This document shows, in pieces, positions 1-7,708 of a stretch of DNA of 61,598 bases. The DNA lies in assembly GCA_045809725.1 (NCBI GenBank), contig JBJMXF010000108.1, positions 1 to 61,598 of the forward strand. The letters run 5' to 3'. The first letter of the stretch is position 1; each line of letters starts with the position of its first letter. Under the pieces are notes generated by a model. It was not told the origin of the DNA and did no database searches. It saw only the letters and a program-made list of their open reading frames with translations. The DNA comes from Candidatus Udaeobacter sp. (lineage in GTDB: Bacteria; Verrucomicrobiota; Verrucomicrobiia; Chthoniobacterales; UBA10450). Position numbers and translations under genes: made by a program.

Positions 1-1381
1 TCAGCTTGTATCGCTCGATCAGCGCCGCGCATTTCCCCGCATCCAATGGATTCGGATATGTGACGATCCGCACACCTTCGATCAGCGGATACCAAAGTGT
101 GACAGTCGATCCGAAAGTGTGAAAGAACGGCAGTGACGCGAGAATCGCGTCCGTTTTTTTTGCGTCGAGCAGTTCCCGAAATTGCGCGACATTTCCCATT
201 ACATTGCGGTGACTCATCACCGCGCCTTTGGGTTCGCCAGTGGTTCCGCTCGTAAAAAGCAACACTGCTTCGGCGTGCCCACCTTTTCCTGGAATGTTCA
301 GCAACCGCAAAAGCAAACGCGCGGGTGAAATCAACGACAGTATCCACCACAAAATAATTTGGCGCTTCATACGCGGGAGCAGCTCATCCAGCTTCAAAAG
401 ACGTTCCGGCCATGGAAAATCTTTGATGCGTTCAACGAATGGCGTGGCTGAGATTGCAACCCGCAGGTTGGCCCGCCTGCAGCAGGATTCATTGGCCGCG
501 CGTCCTATCGTGAAGTTTAGGTCTACTGGAACTTTGTTCGCCAGCATCACGGCCAAATTGGCAACCATCGACCCTTTGCTCGCAGGCAAAACGATCGCGA
601 TTCGTTCGTCAGGAAATTCTTTTCGCAAGTAACGGCTGAACGCTGCGGCTGCGCCGAGCAATTTTCCGCGGCTCAGCTGCGTGTGATCGGTTCCATCGAT
701 GACCGCTGTCGCGAAGGGTCTGCGCTTCAACCCGCGAACGCAATCTTCGGCAAGATGCCGATCCAATGAGGGCCGCCGGCTGAAACAGAACTCCCCCAGC
801 TTGAGCAACTCCTCGCGCACGGTCGGAACGTCCGCTGCTTTTGCCTCGAGTGGTTTGCCAAAGGCAACCGTGACGGGGTACGGGATTCGTTTTGGGAACT
901 TCCTGAAGAATTTCCCGCCCTGGAATGAAAAGATTGATCCCCAGAGTTGATCGAGCCATACAGGCACGACTTGCGCCGTGGCGTGTCGCGCAATGACTTC
1001 ATAACCTCGCTGCAAACGCAACAACGTTCCCCTTCGTTCCAACTCGCCTTCCGGAAACACACACACGATTTCGCCTTCGGCAATTTTTTCCGCGGCTGCC
1101 CGGACCGCAGCATGCGACTGGCGCTTGCTGATGGGGATGCAACCAATGGCGCGCAGAATCGGATGCAACATCCGCTTGTGATAATATTCCTGGTCAATCA
1201 CGTAGCGGATCGGCCGTGGGCAGGCGAGCTGCAGAATGAGTGCGTCCACCCAACTGATGTGATTCGGGACGAGAAGAAAGCCGCCGGCTGGCAAGTTCTC
1301 CAAACCCAATGCACTCACGCGATAAAAGGAACGCACCAGTGGGCGTCCAAACAAATAGAGCATGCGTTCAGCGGCGGACAT
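1..1381 (-). CDS. Aas-like bifunctional protein: PlsC-type acyltransferase fused to an AMP-dependent acyl-ACP/CoA synthetase. The C-terminus lies beyond the left edge.
   Basis: Edge-truncated, so absent from the ORF track. Hand translation from the ATG (1379-1381, minus) gives MSAAERMLYLFGRPLVRSFYRV. It carries the HX4D motif PNHISWVD and an FPEGE block, then the AMP-binding signature LLFTSGTTGEPKGAV and FFHTFG. The frame stays open to base 1. Confidence 0.85.
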   Translation of the reverse strand, partial: MSAAERMLYLFGRPLVRSFYRVSALGLENLPAGGFLLVPNHISWVDALILQLACPRPIRYVIDQEYYHKRMLHPILRAIGCIPISKRQSHAAVRAAAEKIAEGEIVCVFPEGELERRGTLLRLQRGYEVIARHATAQVVPVWLDQLWGSIFSFQGGKFFRKFPKRIPYPVTVAFGKPLEAKAADVPTVREELLKLGEFCFSRRPSLDRHLAEDCVRGLKRRPFATAVIDGTDHTQLSRGKLLGAAAAFSRYLRKEFPDERIAIVLPASKGSMVANLAVMLANKVPVDLNFTIGRAANESCCRRANLRVAISATPFVERIKDFPWPERLLKLDELLPRMKRQIILWWILSLISPARLLLRLLNIPGKGGHAEAVLLFTSGTTGEPKGAVMSHRNVMGNVAQFRELLDAKKTDAILASLPFFHTFGSTVTLWYPLIEGVRIVTYPNPLDAGKCAALIERYKL

Positions 1382-1400
1382 TTTGGAAGCCATCCTATGT

Positions 1401-1493
1401 GTCATTCTGAGCGAAGCGAAGAATCTCTGGACATTTTTCTGCACCGACGTCGACGGAAACAAATCAGAGATGTTTCGCTCCGCTCAACATGAC
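1401..1493. repeat. Palindromic intergenic element, family A (arm roughly GTCATYYYGAGCGAAG..TCGAGGAATCC)
   Basis: Left arm GTCATTCTGAGCGAAGCGAAGAATCTCTGG (1401-1430) is the inverted complement of CAGAGATGTTTCGCTCCGCTCAACATGAC (1465-1493). Related copies lie at 17211-17301, 44828-44920 and 57365-57485, with a solo arm at 40808-40839. Confidence 0.85.
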
Positions 1494-1528
1494 AGTGCTA
1501 TTGAACAGTCCCGTTCGCTCCATGATTT

Positions 1529-2833
1529 ATGATTTACAATCGGCGAGCGCCAAACTGCAATCGGCAGTTGTTGATGCAAGCTGCAGGGACAAAGCCGCTC
1601 ACCGGCGCGCGAAGCGCACTCTTTCTGCTCCTGGCGATCAATCTTTTCAATTACATCGACCGGCAAATTCTAGCCGCACTCGAACCTGATATTCGTGCTA
1701 CGTTTTTCGCCGCTGACGACGTCCACGCCATGACCAAAACCGGTCTGCTCGGTGACGCCTTTTTCGTGACTTACATGGTCAGCGCGCCGATTCTTGGCTT
1801 GCTGGCCGACCGGTTCTCGCGATGGATCATCGTTGGATCTGCTGTGATTTTGTGGAGTCTCGCCAGCGGCGCGTCAGGTCTGGCGGCGACGTTCGGAATA
1901 TTGTTCGCTACTCGAATCTTTGTTGGAATTGGCGAAGGCGGTTACGGCCCGGCGGCGCCAACGATTTTGGCCGATCTCTTCCCGATTGAAACGCGGGGTC
2001 GCATCATGGCGATTTTTTGCGCGGCAATTCCAGTTGGGAGCGCCCTCGGCTACGTGATTGGCGGTCTGATCGGCGCTCATCTCGGCTGGCGCTGGGCCTT
2101 CTATCTCGTGGCACCACCGGGTTTGTTGCTCGGACTTTTGTGTTTCTGGCAACGCGATCCGCGCGTCGCAGCGGATAATCTGGTGCAACAATCACGGCGC
2201 CGCGGTATACGCGACTACCTGAACCTGTTCCGGACACGCTCCTATCTCATCAACTGCGTTGCGCAGACGTTAATGACTTTTGTAGTAGGCGGTTTGGGCT
2301 TCTGGGTACCGGCGTATCTGCGTTACCGCAATCAAAGTCCTGTCCTGGGCATGACGATCTTTGGCCTGATCACGGTAGTCGCAGGTCTGGTCTCGACGCT
2401 ACTTGGAGGAATTATTGCCGATCGATTGCGCTCCCGTTTCGCCGGCTCGTACTTCTGGGTGTCAGGAATCGGAATGCTGATCGCGTGTCCGTTTTTCGTT
2501 GCCACTCTCTACATCCCATTTCCTGCTGCCTGGATCACAATGTTCCTCGCCATCTTTTTTCTGTTTTTGAACACGGGGCCGTCAAACACGGCTCTCGCAA
2601 ATGTTTCGGTGCCAGCCGTCCGCGCGACGGCGTTTGCTGCAAACATTTTCGTGATCCATGCGTTCGGCGATGTCCAGGCGTTTTGGCTGCTCGGTTACAT
2701 CGGCGGACACGCGAACATGCATGTGGCGTTTCTCTTTGTGTCCGCGATTATCTTTGCTTCCGGCCTGGTATGGCTGCTGGGAGTGAAATATCTGCCGGCT
2801 GATACAGCTGCGGCCGAAAGCAGAAGCATTTAG
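1529..2833 (+). CDS. MFS transporter (Spinster-like permease)
   Basis: 434-aa ORF with many hydrophobic segments. Motifs LAINLFNYIDRQILAAL and GIGEGGYGPAAPT are typical of this MFS subgroup. It is divergent from the Aas-like gene (E. coli pairs aas with the MFS gene lplT). The start could instead be the internal ATG at 1574. Confidence 0.85.
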   Translation: MIYNRRAPNCNRQLLMQAAGTKPLTGARSALFLLLAINLFNYIDRQILAALEPDIRATFFAADDVHAMTKTGLLGDAFFVTYMVSAPILGLLADRFSRWIIVGSAVILWSLASGASGLAATFGILFATRIFVGIGEGGYGPAAPTILADLFPIETRGRIMAIFCAAIPVGSALGYVIGGLIGAHLGWRWAFYLVAPPGLLLGLLCFWQRDPRVAADNLVQQSRRRGIRDYLNLFRTRSYLINCVAQTLMTFVVGGLGFWVPAYLRYRNQSPVLGMTIFGLITVVAGLVSTLLGGIIADRLRSRFAGSYFWVSGIGMLIACPFFVATLYIPFPAAWITMFLAIFFLFLNTGPSNTALANVSVPAVRATAFAANIFVIHAFGDVQAFWLLGYIGGHANMHVAFLFVSAIIFASGLVWLLGVKYLPADTAAAESRSI

Positions 2834-2853
2834 ACCTGCTCGGAGTGCAAAAA

Positions 2854-2877
2854 AGCCCGGCACTTACGTGCCGGGCT
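2854..2877. terminator. Bidirectional intrinsic-terminator-like hairpin between convergent genes
   Basis: AGCCCGGCAC-TTAC-GTGCCGGGCT forms a perfect 10-bp stem. An A-run lies upstream and GATTT downstream. It sits between the MFS stop (2833) and the PRC-barrel gene stop (2899). Confidence 0.7.
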
Positions 2878-2898
2878 GATTTGCTTAGACCAAAATTG

Positions 2899-3870
2899 TT
2901 ATTGTTCTTGTCTTTCAGGTGGACTGGTGCCTTCGCGACTTCGCGACCCTCCCCGAGTGGACCCTTTTGTTCTCTCGCCCGTCGTCGCTCCTTCATCTGG
3001 AGCTCGCTCAGTTTTGGGCGCACTTTCAGGTCGCGTTCCGGTTTCGCTGCGACCACTCGGTGGAGTTGACTTCGCCTGCTTTTGTTTTCCACTCGGCGTT
3101 CGTTCAGCGGCTCGTTCCGAAACGCTCGGAGTAGCTGTTTCACGCGCTTTGACCGCTGCGGCTCCGGCTGCGGCGGCCGCACCCGGATGTCCTCTCCGCC
3201 CTTCTGTGGTGTTCGGAGCTGCCGATCCCGACACCGATGCACCTGCCGCTGGGCTTGTTGCGGCGCCTGAAGTTGTATTCGCACCCGTTGTGTTCGTACC
3301 TGTTGTGTTCGCACCTGTCGCCGCGCCAGTCGTTTGGGACGCCCCAGTTGTCGTGGTTGCGCCTGTAGTGGTCGTCGAACTGCCGCCGGAAACTCCGACC
3401 CCGACTCCTACGCCTGGGCTCACTCCGTAATAGCTATAGACATTGTTGATGTAATCAGGCCGGGAATACTCTTCGACGCGAGCGTAATCGAATGCTGGCG
3501 CGTTATAAATGCGAGTTTTATCGACAGTCACTGTGAGAACGTTCGTATCCGCGGAAGGCGAATAGACGGACCAAGGGACGGCAACCATTTTGCCGCCGCC
3601 AGTCACCCGCGTCCCGCCACCTCCTCCGCCGCCTCCGCCAGTCGTGGAAAGGACGGTGTAAGCTAGACACCCGGTATTGCGGTCCAGCACGATATCTTTC
3701 ACCGTGCCGATTTCGTCGCCTTGAGAAGACTTCACTGGCCTCCCAATGAACTTGCTCGTTTCAATGTAAGTGGTGTTGCTACTAGTGGTGGTTTGGGTTT
3801 GGGCGAAGGCAGAAGCGACGGCCAGTCCCAAAATTGCCATGACGGCTCGAAGTGAGAATAATGTTTTCAT
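2899..3870 (-). CDS. Secreted PRC-barrel domain protein with a long low-complexity tail
   Basis: Signal peptide MKTLFSLRAVMAILGLAVASAFAQ. PRC-barrel-like core (IGRPVKSSQGDEIGTVKDIVLD ... MVAVPW). This is followed by a G9 run, a (GV)n stretch, T/G/A/N-rich tracts and a basic Arg/Glu/Ser-rich C-terminus. Confidence 0.7.
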   Translation of the reverse strand: MKTLFSLRAVMAILGLAVASAFAQTQTTTSSNTTYIETSKFIGRPVKSSQGDEIGTVKDIVLDRNTGCLAYTVLSTTGGGGGGGGGTRVTGGGKMVAVPWSVYSPSADTNVLTVTVDKTRIYNAPAFDYARVEEYSRPDYINNVYSYYGVSPGVGVGVGVSGGSSTTTTGATTTTGASQTTGAATGANTTGTNTTGANTTSGAATSPAAGASVSGSAAPNTTEGRRGHPGAAAAAGAAAVKARETATPSVSERAAERTPSGKQKQAKSTPPSGRSETGTRPESAPKTERAPDEGATTGERTKGSTRGGSRSREGTSPPERQEQ

Positions 3871-3989
3871 AAGCGGTACAGGTTTTGGCTCAGCTTACTG
3901 CGAGCCGACAAACAAGAATCGTGGCGCAGGGTTGCAGCGGATGTGGAAACAGCTGTCGTAACAGCTAAAGTGACTTGCTTTTATAAAAT

Positions 3990-4784
3990 ATGTCGATGAT
4001 TACGCGCCGGTCAGGACGACGTTTGTGGAGATTCATGATTTGCTTGTTGATGCTCAGTGGCATCGATGCGTTCGCCCAAGGGATTCCCGACGACTGCACA
4101 CAACTCATCCTGGGAATTGCGCCAACGTGGAATTCCATGCGCGGCGAACTGCGATTATTCGAGCGCCCACGGGGAGGTGATTGGAAGATTGTGGGCGGAC
4201 CGTTTCCCGTTTTGTTCGGCAAGAATGGTCTGGCGTGGGGAACGGGACTCGCAGGTCAAAACGAATCAGGTCTTCGCAAAAAAGAACGAGATGGCCGGGC
4301 GCCCGCGGGGATTTTCGAGATCGGAGAGGTGTTCGGATACGACGCGCACCTGCCGCCCGGCGGCGACTATCCGTATCATCAAGTCACCGACGCCGACCTT
4401 TGGAGCGACGATCCGCGGTCGCCGAATTACAATCGCCACGTCGTGATTGATCCAAAGAATCCGCCGGACAATTACAGCCATGAAAAAATGCGCTCAGGAG
4501 ATTTTGCCTATCACTGGCTGGTGGAGATCCGGCACAACTCGGACCCCCCGGTGCCAGGAGCCGGTAGCGCGATCTTTTTTCACATCCGGCGTGGCGTAAA
4601 TAGAGCAACCACTGGCTGCACAACGATGGCGCAGGATAATCTGGTGAAAATGATTACCTGGTTGCGAGCGAAACGACATCCCTGCTACGCCTTACTGCCG
4701 GCTGGGGAGTACCAAAATAAGTGGCGCGCGTGGAATCTGCCATCGCCGGACGCGATGCACGGCGCCGTTTCATTGGCTCGTTGA
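3990..4784 (+). CDS. L,D-transpeptidase family (YkuD/YafK-like) protein
   Basis: ATG start and an N-terminal signal-like segment. The catalytic-type motif is FFHIRRG...ATTGCTTM (His ... Gly-Cys), as in YkuD-fold enzymes. Confidence 0.7.
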   Translation: MSMITRRSGRRLWRFMICLLMLSGIDAFAQGIPDDCTQLILGIAPTWNSMRGELRLFERPRGGDWKIVGGPFPVLFGKNGLAWGTGLAGQNESGLRKKERDGRAPAGIFEIGEVFGYDAHLPPGGDYPYHQVTDADLWSDDPRSPNYNRHVVIDPKNPPDNYSHEKMRSGDFAYHWLVEIRHNSDPPVPGAGSAIFFHIRRGVNRATTGCTTMAQDNLVKMITWLRAKRHPCYALLPAGEYQNKWRAWNLPSPDAMHGAVSLAR

Positions 4785-4821
4785 AATCTCGCAATGACTT
4801 GTTAGCTTGTTGTTAGTCATT

Positions 4822-5064
4822 ATGCCACGACGAAAACGTCCCAATCCTCAATCGGAAGAAAACATCCGTCGTATCGACACGAAACCGCGCGCAAAAAAGC
4901 AGACACATGGCTTTCAGGTTCACTTCCTGCGCGGCGATCGTGTGGTGACGAGGATGTTCAGCGACAATGTATTTGGTGGAAAACAAGCCGCACGACGCGC
5001 CGCCCGAAAGTTCAAGCAGTCGATGCTGCGCCGTTTGCCACGAAGGAAGTTTCTGGGCGGATAG
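4822..5064 (+). CDS. Small basic AP2-like DNA-binding protein (tentative)
   Basis: 80 aa from the first ATG (the track start at 4807 is TTG). The pattern HGFQVHFLRGDRVVTRMFSDNVFGGKQAARRAARKF resembles bacterial AP2/integrase-type DNA-binding domains. The last 53 nt overlap the convergent rsmA-Nudix gene. Confidence 0.45.
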   Translation: MPRRKRPNPQSEENIRRIDTKPRAKKQTHGFQVHFLRGDRVVTRMFSDNVFGGKQAARRAARKFKQSMLRRLPRRKFLGG

Positions 5065-6415
5065 GCGCTTCGCGCTCGGAATTCATTTTCTCACGATAGG
5101 CTTTCCAGCATTCCACGAACGCCGGCGCAAAGTCGTCCGGTCTGGCGGACGTCCAGCCATCAATCACGGCCGGGGCAAAAAATACGCCTCTCTCAATTTC
5201 GGATTTGTTCGGGACAGGATCCCCGGAAACGACGCCGCGGTAGCTCCAAATAAACTCGTTGTCGGTGCGCGGTGCAGCGGGGAGCTTGACGATTCTTTGA
5301 AGCGGAACATCCAGGCCTAACTCCTCCTTTAGCTCCCGCCGCGCTGTTTCATCGTAACTTTCTCCGGAAACCACGTGGCCAGCAGCGCTGGAGTCCCATT
5401 TCAACGGATGTCGATCTTTCCAGCGGGAGCGTCGCTGCAAATACAGCTCCCCGGCGCGATTGAAAATGAGGATATGAACGGCGCGATGGCGCAAGTTATT
5501 CCCATGCACTTCAGACCGAGCGGCATGCCCCCTGACTTCATCGTTTTGATCGACCACGGGGAACTGCTCGTTGGCCGTCGAGTTCACCTCCTGGCACAGA
5601 GGTGGCGCGATGCAATTCGCAAGAGCGATCCATTGCAGCAACGATAATTCTTCCGCTCGTACCTTCGGATCGATATCCAGACAGCTCGCGAGCGCGTCCC
5701 AGTCGCTCGCGTAATTCTGCAGCAATTTCCTGAGCTGTTTTCGTCTCTGAGAAAATCCGACTCGGATCAAGTTCAAAAGCAATTGATCGTCATGTTCCGG
5801 CAATTCAATTGCATCGCGTGGTTCGAGTTGGACCACTGCCGAATCGACATCAGGTCGCGGAAGAAAAACGGTCGGAGGAACGCTGCGCAAATATTGGACG
5901 CGCTGATGTAACTGAATGCGCAACGTCAAAGCTCCGTAATCATGTGTACCTGGTGACGCGGAAAGACGCACAGCCATTTCCTTCTGTAACATCAACACAC
6001 ACAGTGACATGGGACTTGGTTGTTCCAGGAACTTTAAAAGCAACGGACTCGAAATATTGTACGGCAGATTACCAATCAACTTCACGCAGCGATGCGCGAA
6101 AAGAACGCGTGGATCAAACGTCAGCGCATCAGCGTTGATGATTTCAAGTCGCTCATCCGCGAAGCGCGAATGCAAGAACTCTGCAAGTCGCGCATCCTTT
6201 TCGATCGCGAGAACATGCGCGCGTTTTTCCAAAATAAACTTGGTGAGGGCACCCAAGCCCGGTCCGATCTCGACCACGTAATCTTCCGCAGTGATTTGCG
6301 CCTGATCGACGATCCAACGAGCGAGATTTTGATCGTGCAGAAAATTTTGCCCGAGCGTCTTGACGGGTGATACGCGAATTTCCTTAAGTGTCGCGGGTAT
6401 TTGTGAGAGCCTCAT
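5012..6415 (-). CDS. rsmA: 16S rRNA (adenine1518/1519-N6)-dimethyltransferase RsmA/KsgA fused to a C-terminal Nudix hydrolase domain
   Basis: N-terminal LGQNFLHDQNLARWIV and VVEIGPGLGALT (SAM site) match RsmA. The C-terminal part has a complete Nudix box GHVVSGESYDETARRELKEELGL, preceded by HRAVHILIFNRAGELYLQRRS. The first ATG is at 6415; the track start at 6445 is TTG. Confidence 0.85.
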   Translation of the reverse strand: MRLSQIPATLKEIRVSPVKTLGQNFLHDQNLARWIVDQAQITAEDYVVEIGPGLGALTKFILEKRAHVLAIEKDARLAEFLHSRFADERLEIINADALTFDPRVLFAHRCVKLIGNLPYNISSPLLLKFLEQPSPMSLCVLMLQKEMAVRLSASPGTHDYGALTLRIQLHQRVQYLRSVPPTVFLPRPDVDSAVVQLEPRDAIELPEHDDQLLLNLIRVGFSQRRKQLRKLLQNYASDWDALASCLDIDPKVRAEELSLLQWIALANCIAPPLCQEVNSTANEQFPVVDQNDEVRGHAARSEVHGNNLRHRAVHILIFNRAGELYLQRRSRWKDRHPLKWDSSAAGHVVSGESYDETARRELKEELGLDVPLQRIVKLPAAPRTDNEFIWSYRGVVSGDPVPNKSEIERGVFFAPAVIDGWTSARPDDFAPAFVECWKAYREKMNSEREAPIRPETSFVANGAASTA

Positions 6416-6460
6416 AGAGCCGGAGCGCGCCGTATGATGCAGCAAGGGAAAGTCCTAGGC

Positions 6461-6524
6461 TTATTCACAAAATTTTGTGAACAAAATGCGCCGAAGCGGC
6501 GAACTTGTTCACAAGTTATTCACG
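6461..6524. promoter_or_regulatory. Cluster of four DnaA-box-like 9-mers, including an 18-bp perfect palindrome
   Basis: TTATTCACA (6461-6469) fits TTATNCACA. TGTGAACAA (6477-6485) is the reverse complement of TTGTTCACA. TTGTTCACA lies at 6505-6513 and TTATTCACG at 6516-6524. The palindrome is TTCACAAAATTTTGTGAA at 6464-6481. The cluster lies 46-110 nt upstream of the rsmA ATG. Confidence 0.4.
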
Positions 6525-6586
6525 CCCCTCTTCCCGCTCGGCCGAATGTGCCGAATCCGACACGCGTAAATCGCCGACGACACAGT

Positions 6587-7654
6587 CTATTCATGTGATG
6601 GCAGCGCAGCACGCGACCGTTTTCTGCGGCTCTTTAGGTACGTTTGTTTCGCCTCTTTTAGCGAAGCGCCTTCGAGGAAGTACGCCGTCGCGGCACGACC
6701 AATCGCATACGTGCCAGCGCCTGCGACCATTGCACAAACCACATTGCCCCATCCGGGGAAGAACTTCAGCATCGCACGCGTGCCCTCGCGGAGGAGCATG
6801 CCCAAGCCGACATTCGCTCCGAGTGCTCCCATGAACTCAGTCGCAGCCCGCATGCTTCGTTCTCTACCGCTGATGTACATGATTCCGGAAACCATCAACA
6901 CTTGCAGAGCCGTGAGAACTGGCATGTCTGCCAGCGGAATCGGTTGCGCGCCGATTGCAGCACAAATCGCGGTCGTAGATTTCACCAGCATTTGCGCGAC
7001 GTGAAGCTGGGCCTGCCGATCGCGCGAAATGCGAATCATCTCAATCTTGGCCTCGTTCGGCAACTCCGCAGCAAGTAGCGACATTAAACGTCGCGTGTCT
7101 GCGGATTGCCTTTCCGTGATGCGGATTACGCCAAGCAAGCGATCGCGCACGTTTGGTTGCGCACCGAGCCCCTGTTCTAATTGCGTCACACGTGTCGGAG
7201 ACCCCATCGAGAGACCAATGATTTTCGTCGCACTCGGCGGGGCATCGATCGTTTCGTTCACGTGTGATTCGCCGTCGTCGAAAAAGAAAATCATATCAGC
7301 AGGTTCGCGTCTGACCTCGTCTTGAATTTGGGTTCGCGCAGAATCGCCGGCGGCACGCGCGTCCAGAATCGAGATCGTTCCCTGACCGGGAATTGTCCAC
7401 TCGGTCCACCGATGCACCGGCGTGAGTGTTACATTCATACCCTCATGCGACTCCGGAGCAAAAAGCAGATCGATGATTTCTGGCATCGGCGTTTTGCTCG
7501 AACCGATGAAGAGAAAGCGCGGTCGTCGCTGCTGAAGGAATAATTGTTTTAACGGGACCAACTCACGCAGCACTGGTCGTCGAATTTTCTCGGGAAGTTT
7601 GCCTGCCAAACCTTCCAATCGATCGGCAATGTGAACGAGAGTTGTTTGATTCAT
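6587..7654 (-). CDS. DUF697 (YcjF-like) membrane-associated protein with a degenerate GTPase-like N-terminal domain
   Basis: The C-terminal AIGAQPIPLADMPVLTALQVLMVSGIMYISG...GAGTYAIGRAA is typical of DUF697. In the N-terminal part, FLFIGSSKTPMPE sits where a P-loop (GxxxxGKS) would be. The ATG at 7654 (MNQTTLVH) is preferred over the track start at 7789, which would overlap tkt. Confidence 0.6.
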   Translation of the reverse strand: MNQTTLVHIADRLEGLAGKLPEKIRRPVLRELVPLKQLFLQQRRPRFLFIGSSKTPMPEIIDLLFAPESHEGMNVTLTPVHRWTEWTIPGQGTISILDARAAGDSARTQIQDEVRREPADMIFFFDDGESHVNETIDAPPSATKIIGLSMGSPTRVTQLEQGLGAQPNVRDRLLGVIRITERQSADTRRLMSLLAAELPNEAKIEMIRISRDRQAQLHVAQMLVKSTTAICAAIGAQPIPLADMPVLTALQVLMVSGIMYISGRERSMRAATEFMGALGANVGLGMLLREGTRAMLKFFPGWGNVVCAMVAGAGTYAIGRAATAYFLEGASLKEAKQTYLKSRRKRSRAALPSHE

Positions 7655-7708
7655 TGTTGAGGATGAAATCCGAATGACGAACGGCGGCGCTGCGATTATA
7701 AGCCTACC

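Noticed and set aside
154-161. A T8 homopolymer inside the Aas-like gene, which looked like a possible frameshift separating the AMP-binding motif from the downstream FFHTFG block.
   Set aside because: Hand translation across it (..LLDAKKTDAILASLPFFHTFG..) stays in frame with exactly eight T, so no frameshift is needed.
2927-3430. Plus-strand ORFs (up to 167 aa) opposite the PRC-barrel gene.
   Set aside because: They are generated by the low-complexity G/T/A-codon repeats of the minus-strand gene. The minus-strand product has a signal peptide and a PRC-barrel core.
6446-6586. Calling this intergenic region the chromosomal origin (oriC).
   Set aside because: There are only four boxes in 64 bp, no obvious AT-rich unwinding element, no dnaA or dnaN nearby, and no skew information from a single window. 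I kept it as a DnaA-box-like regulatory cluster only.
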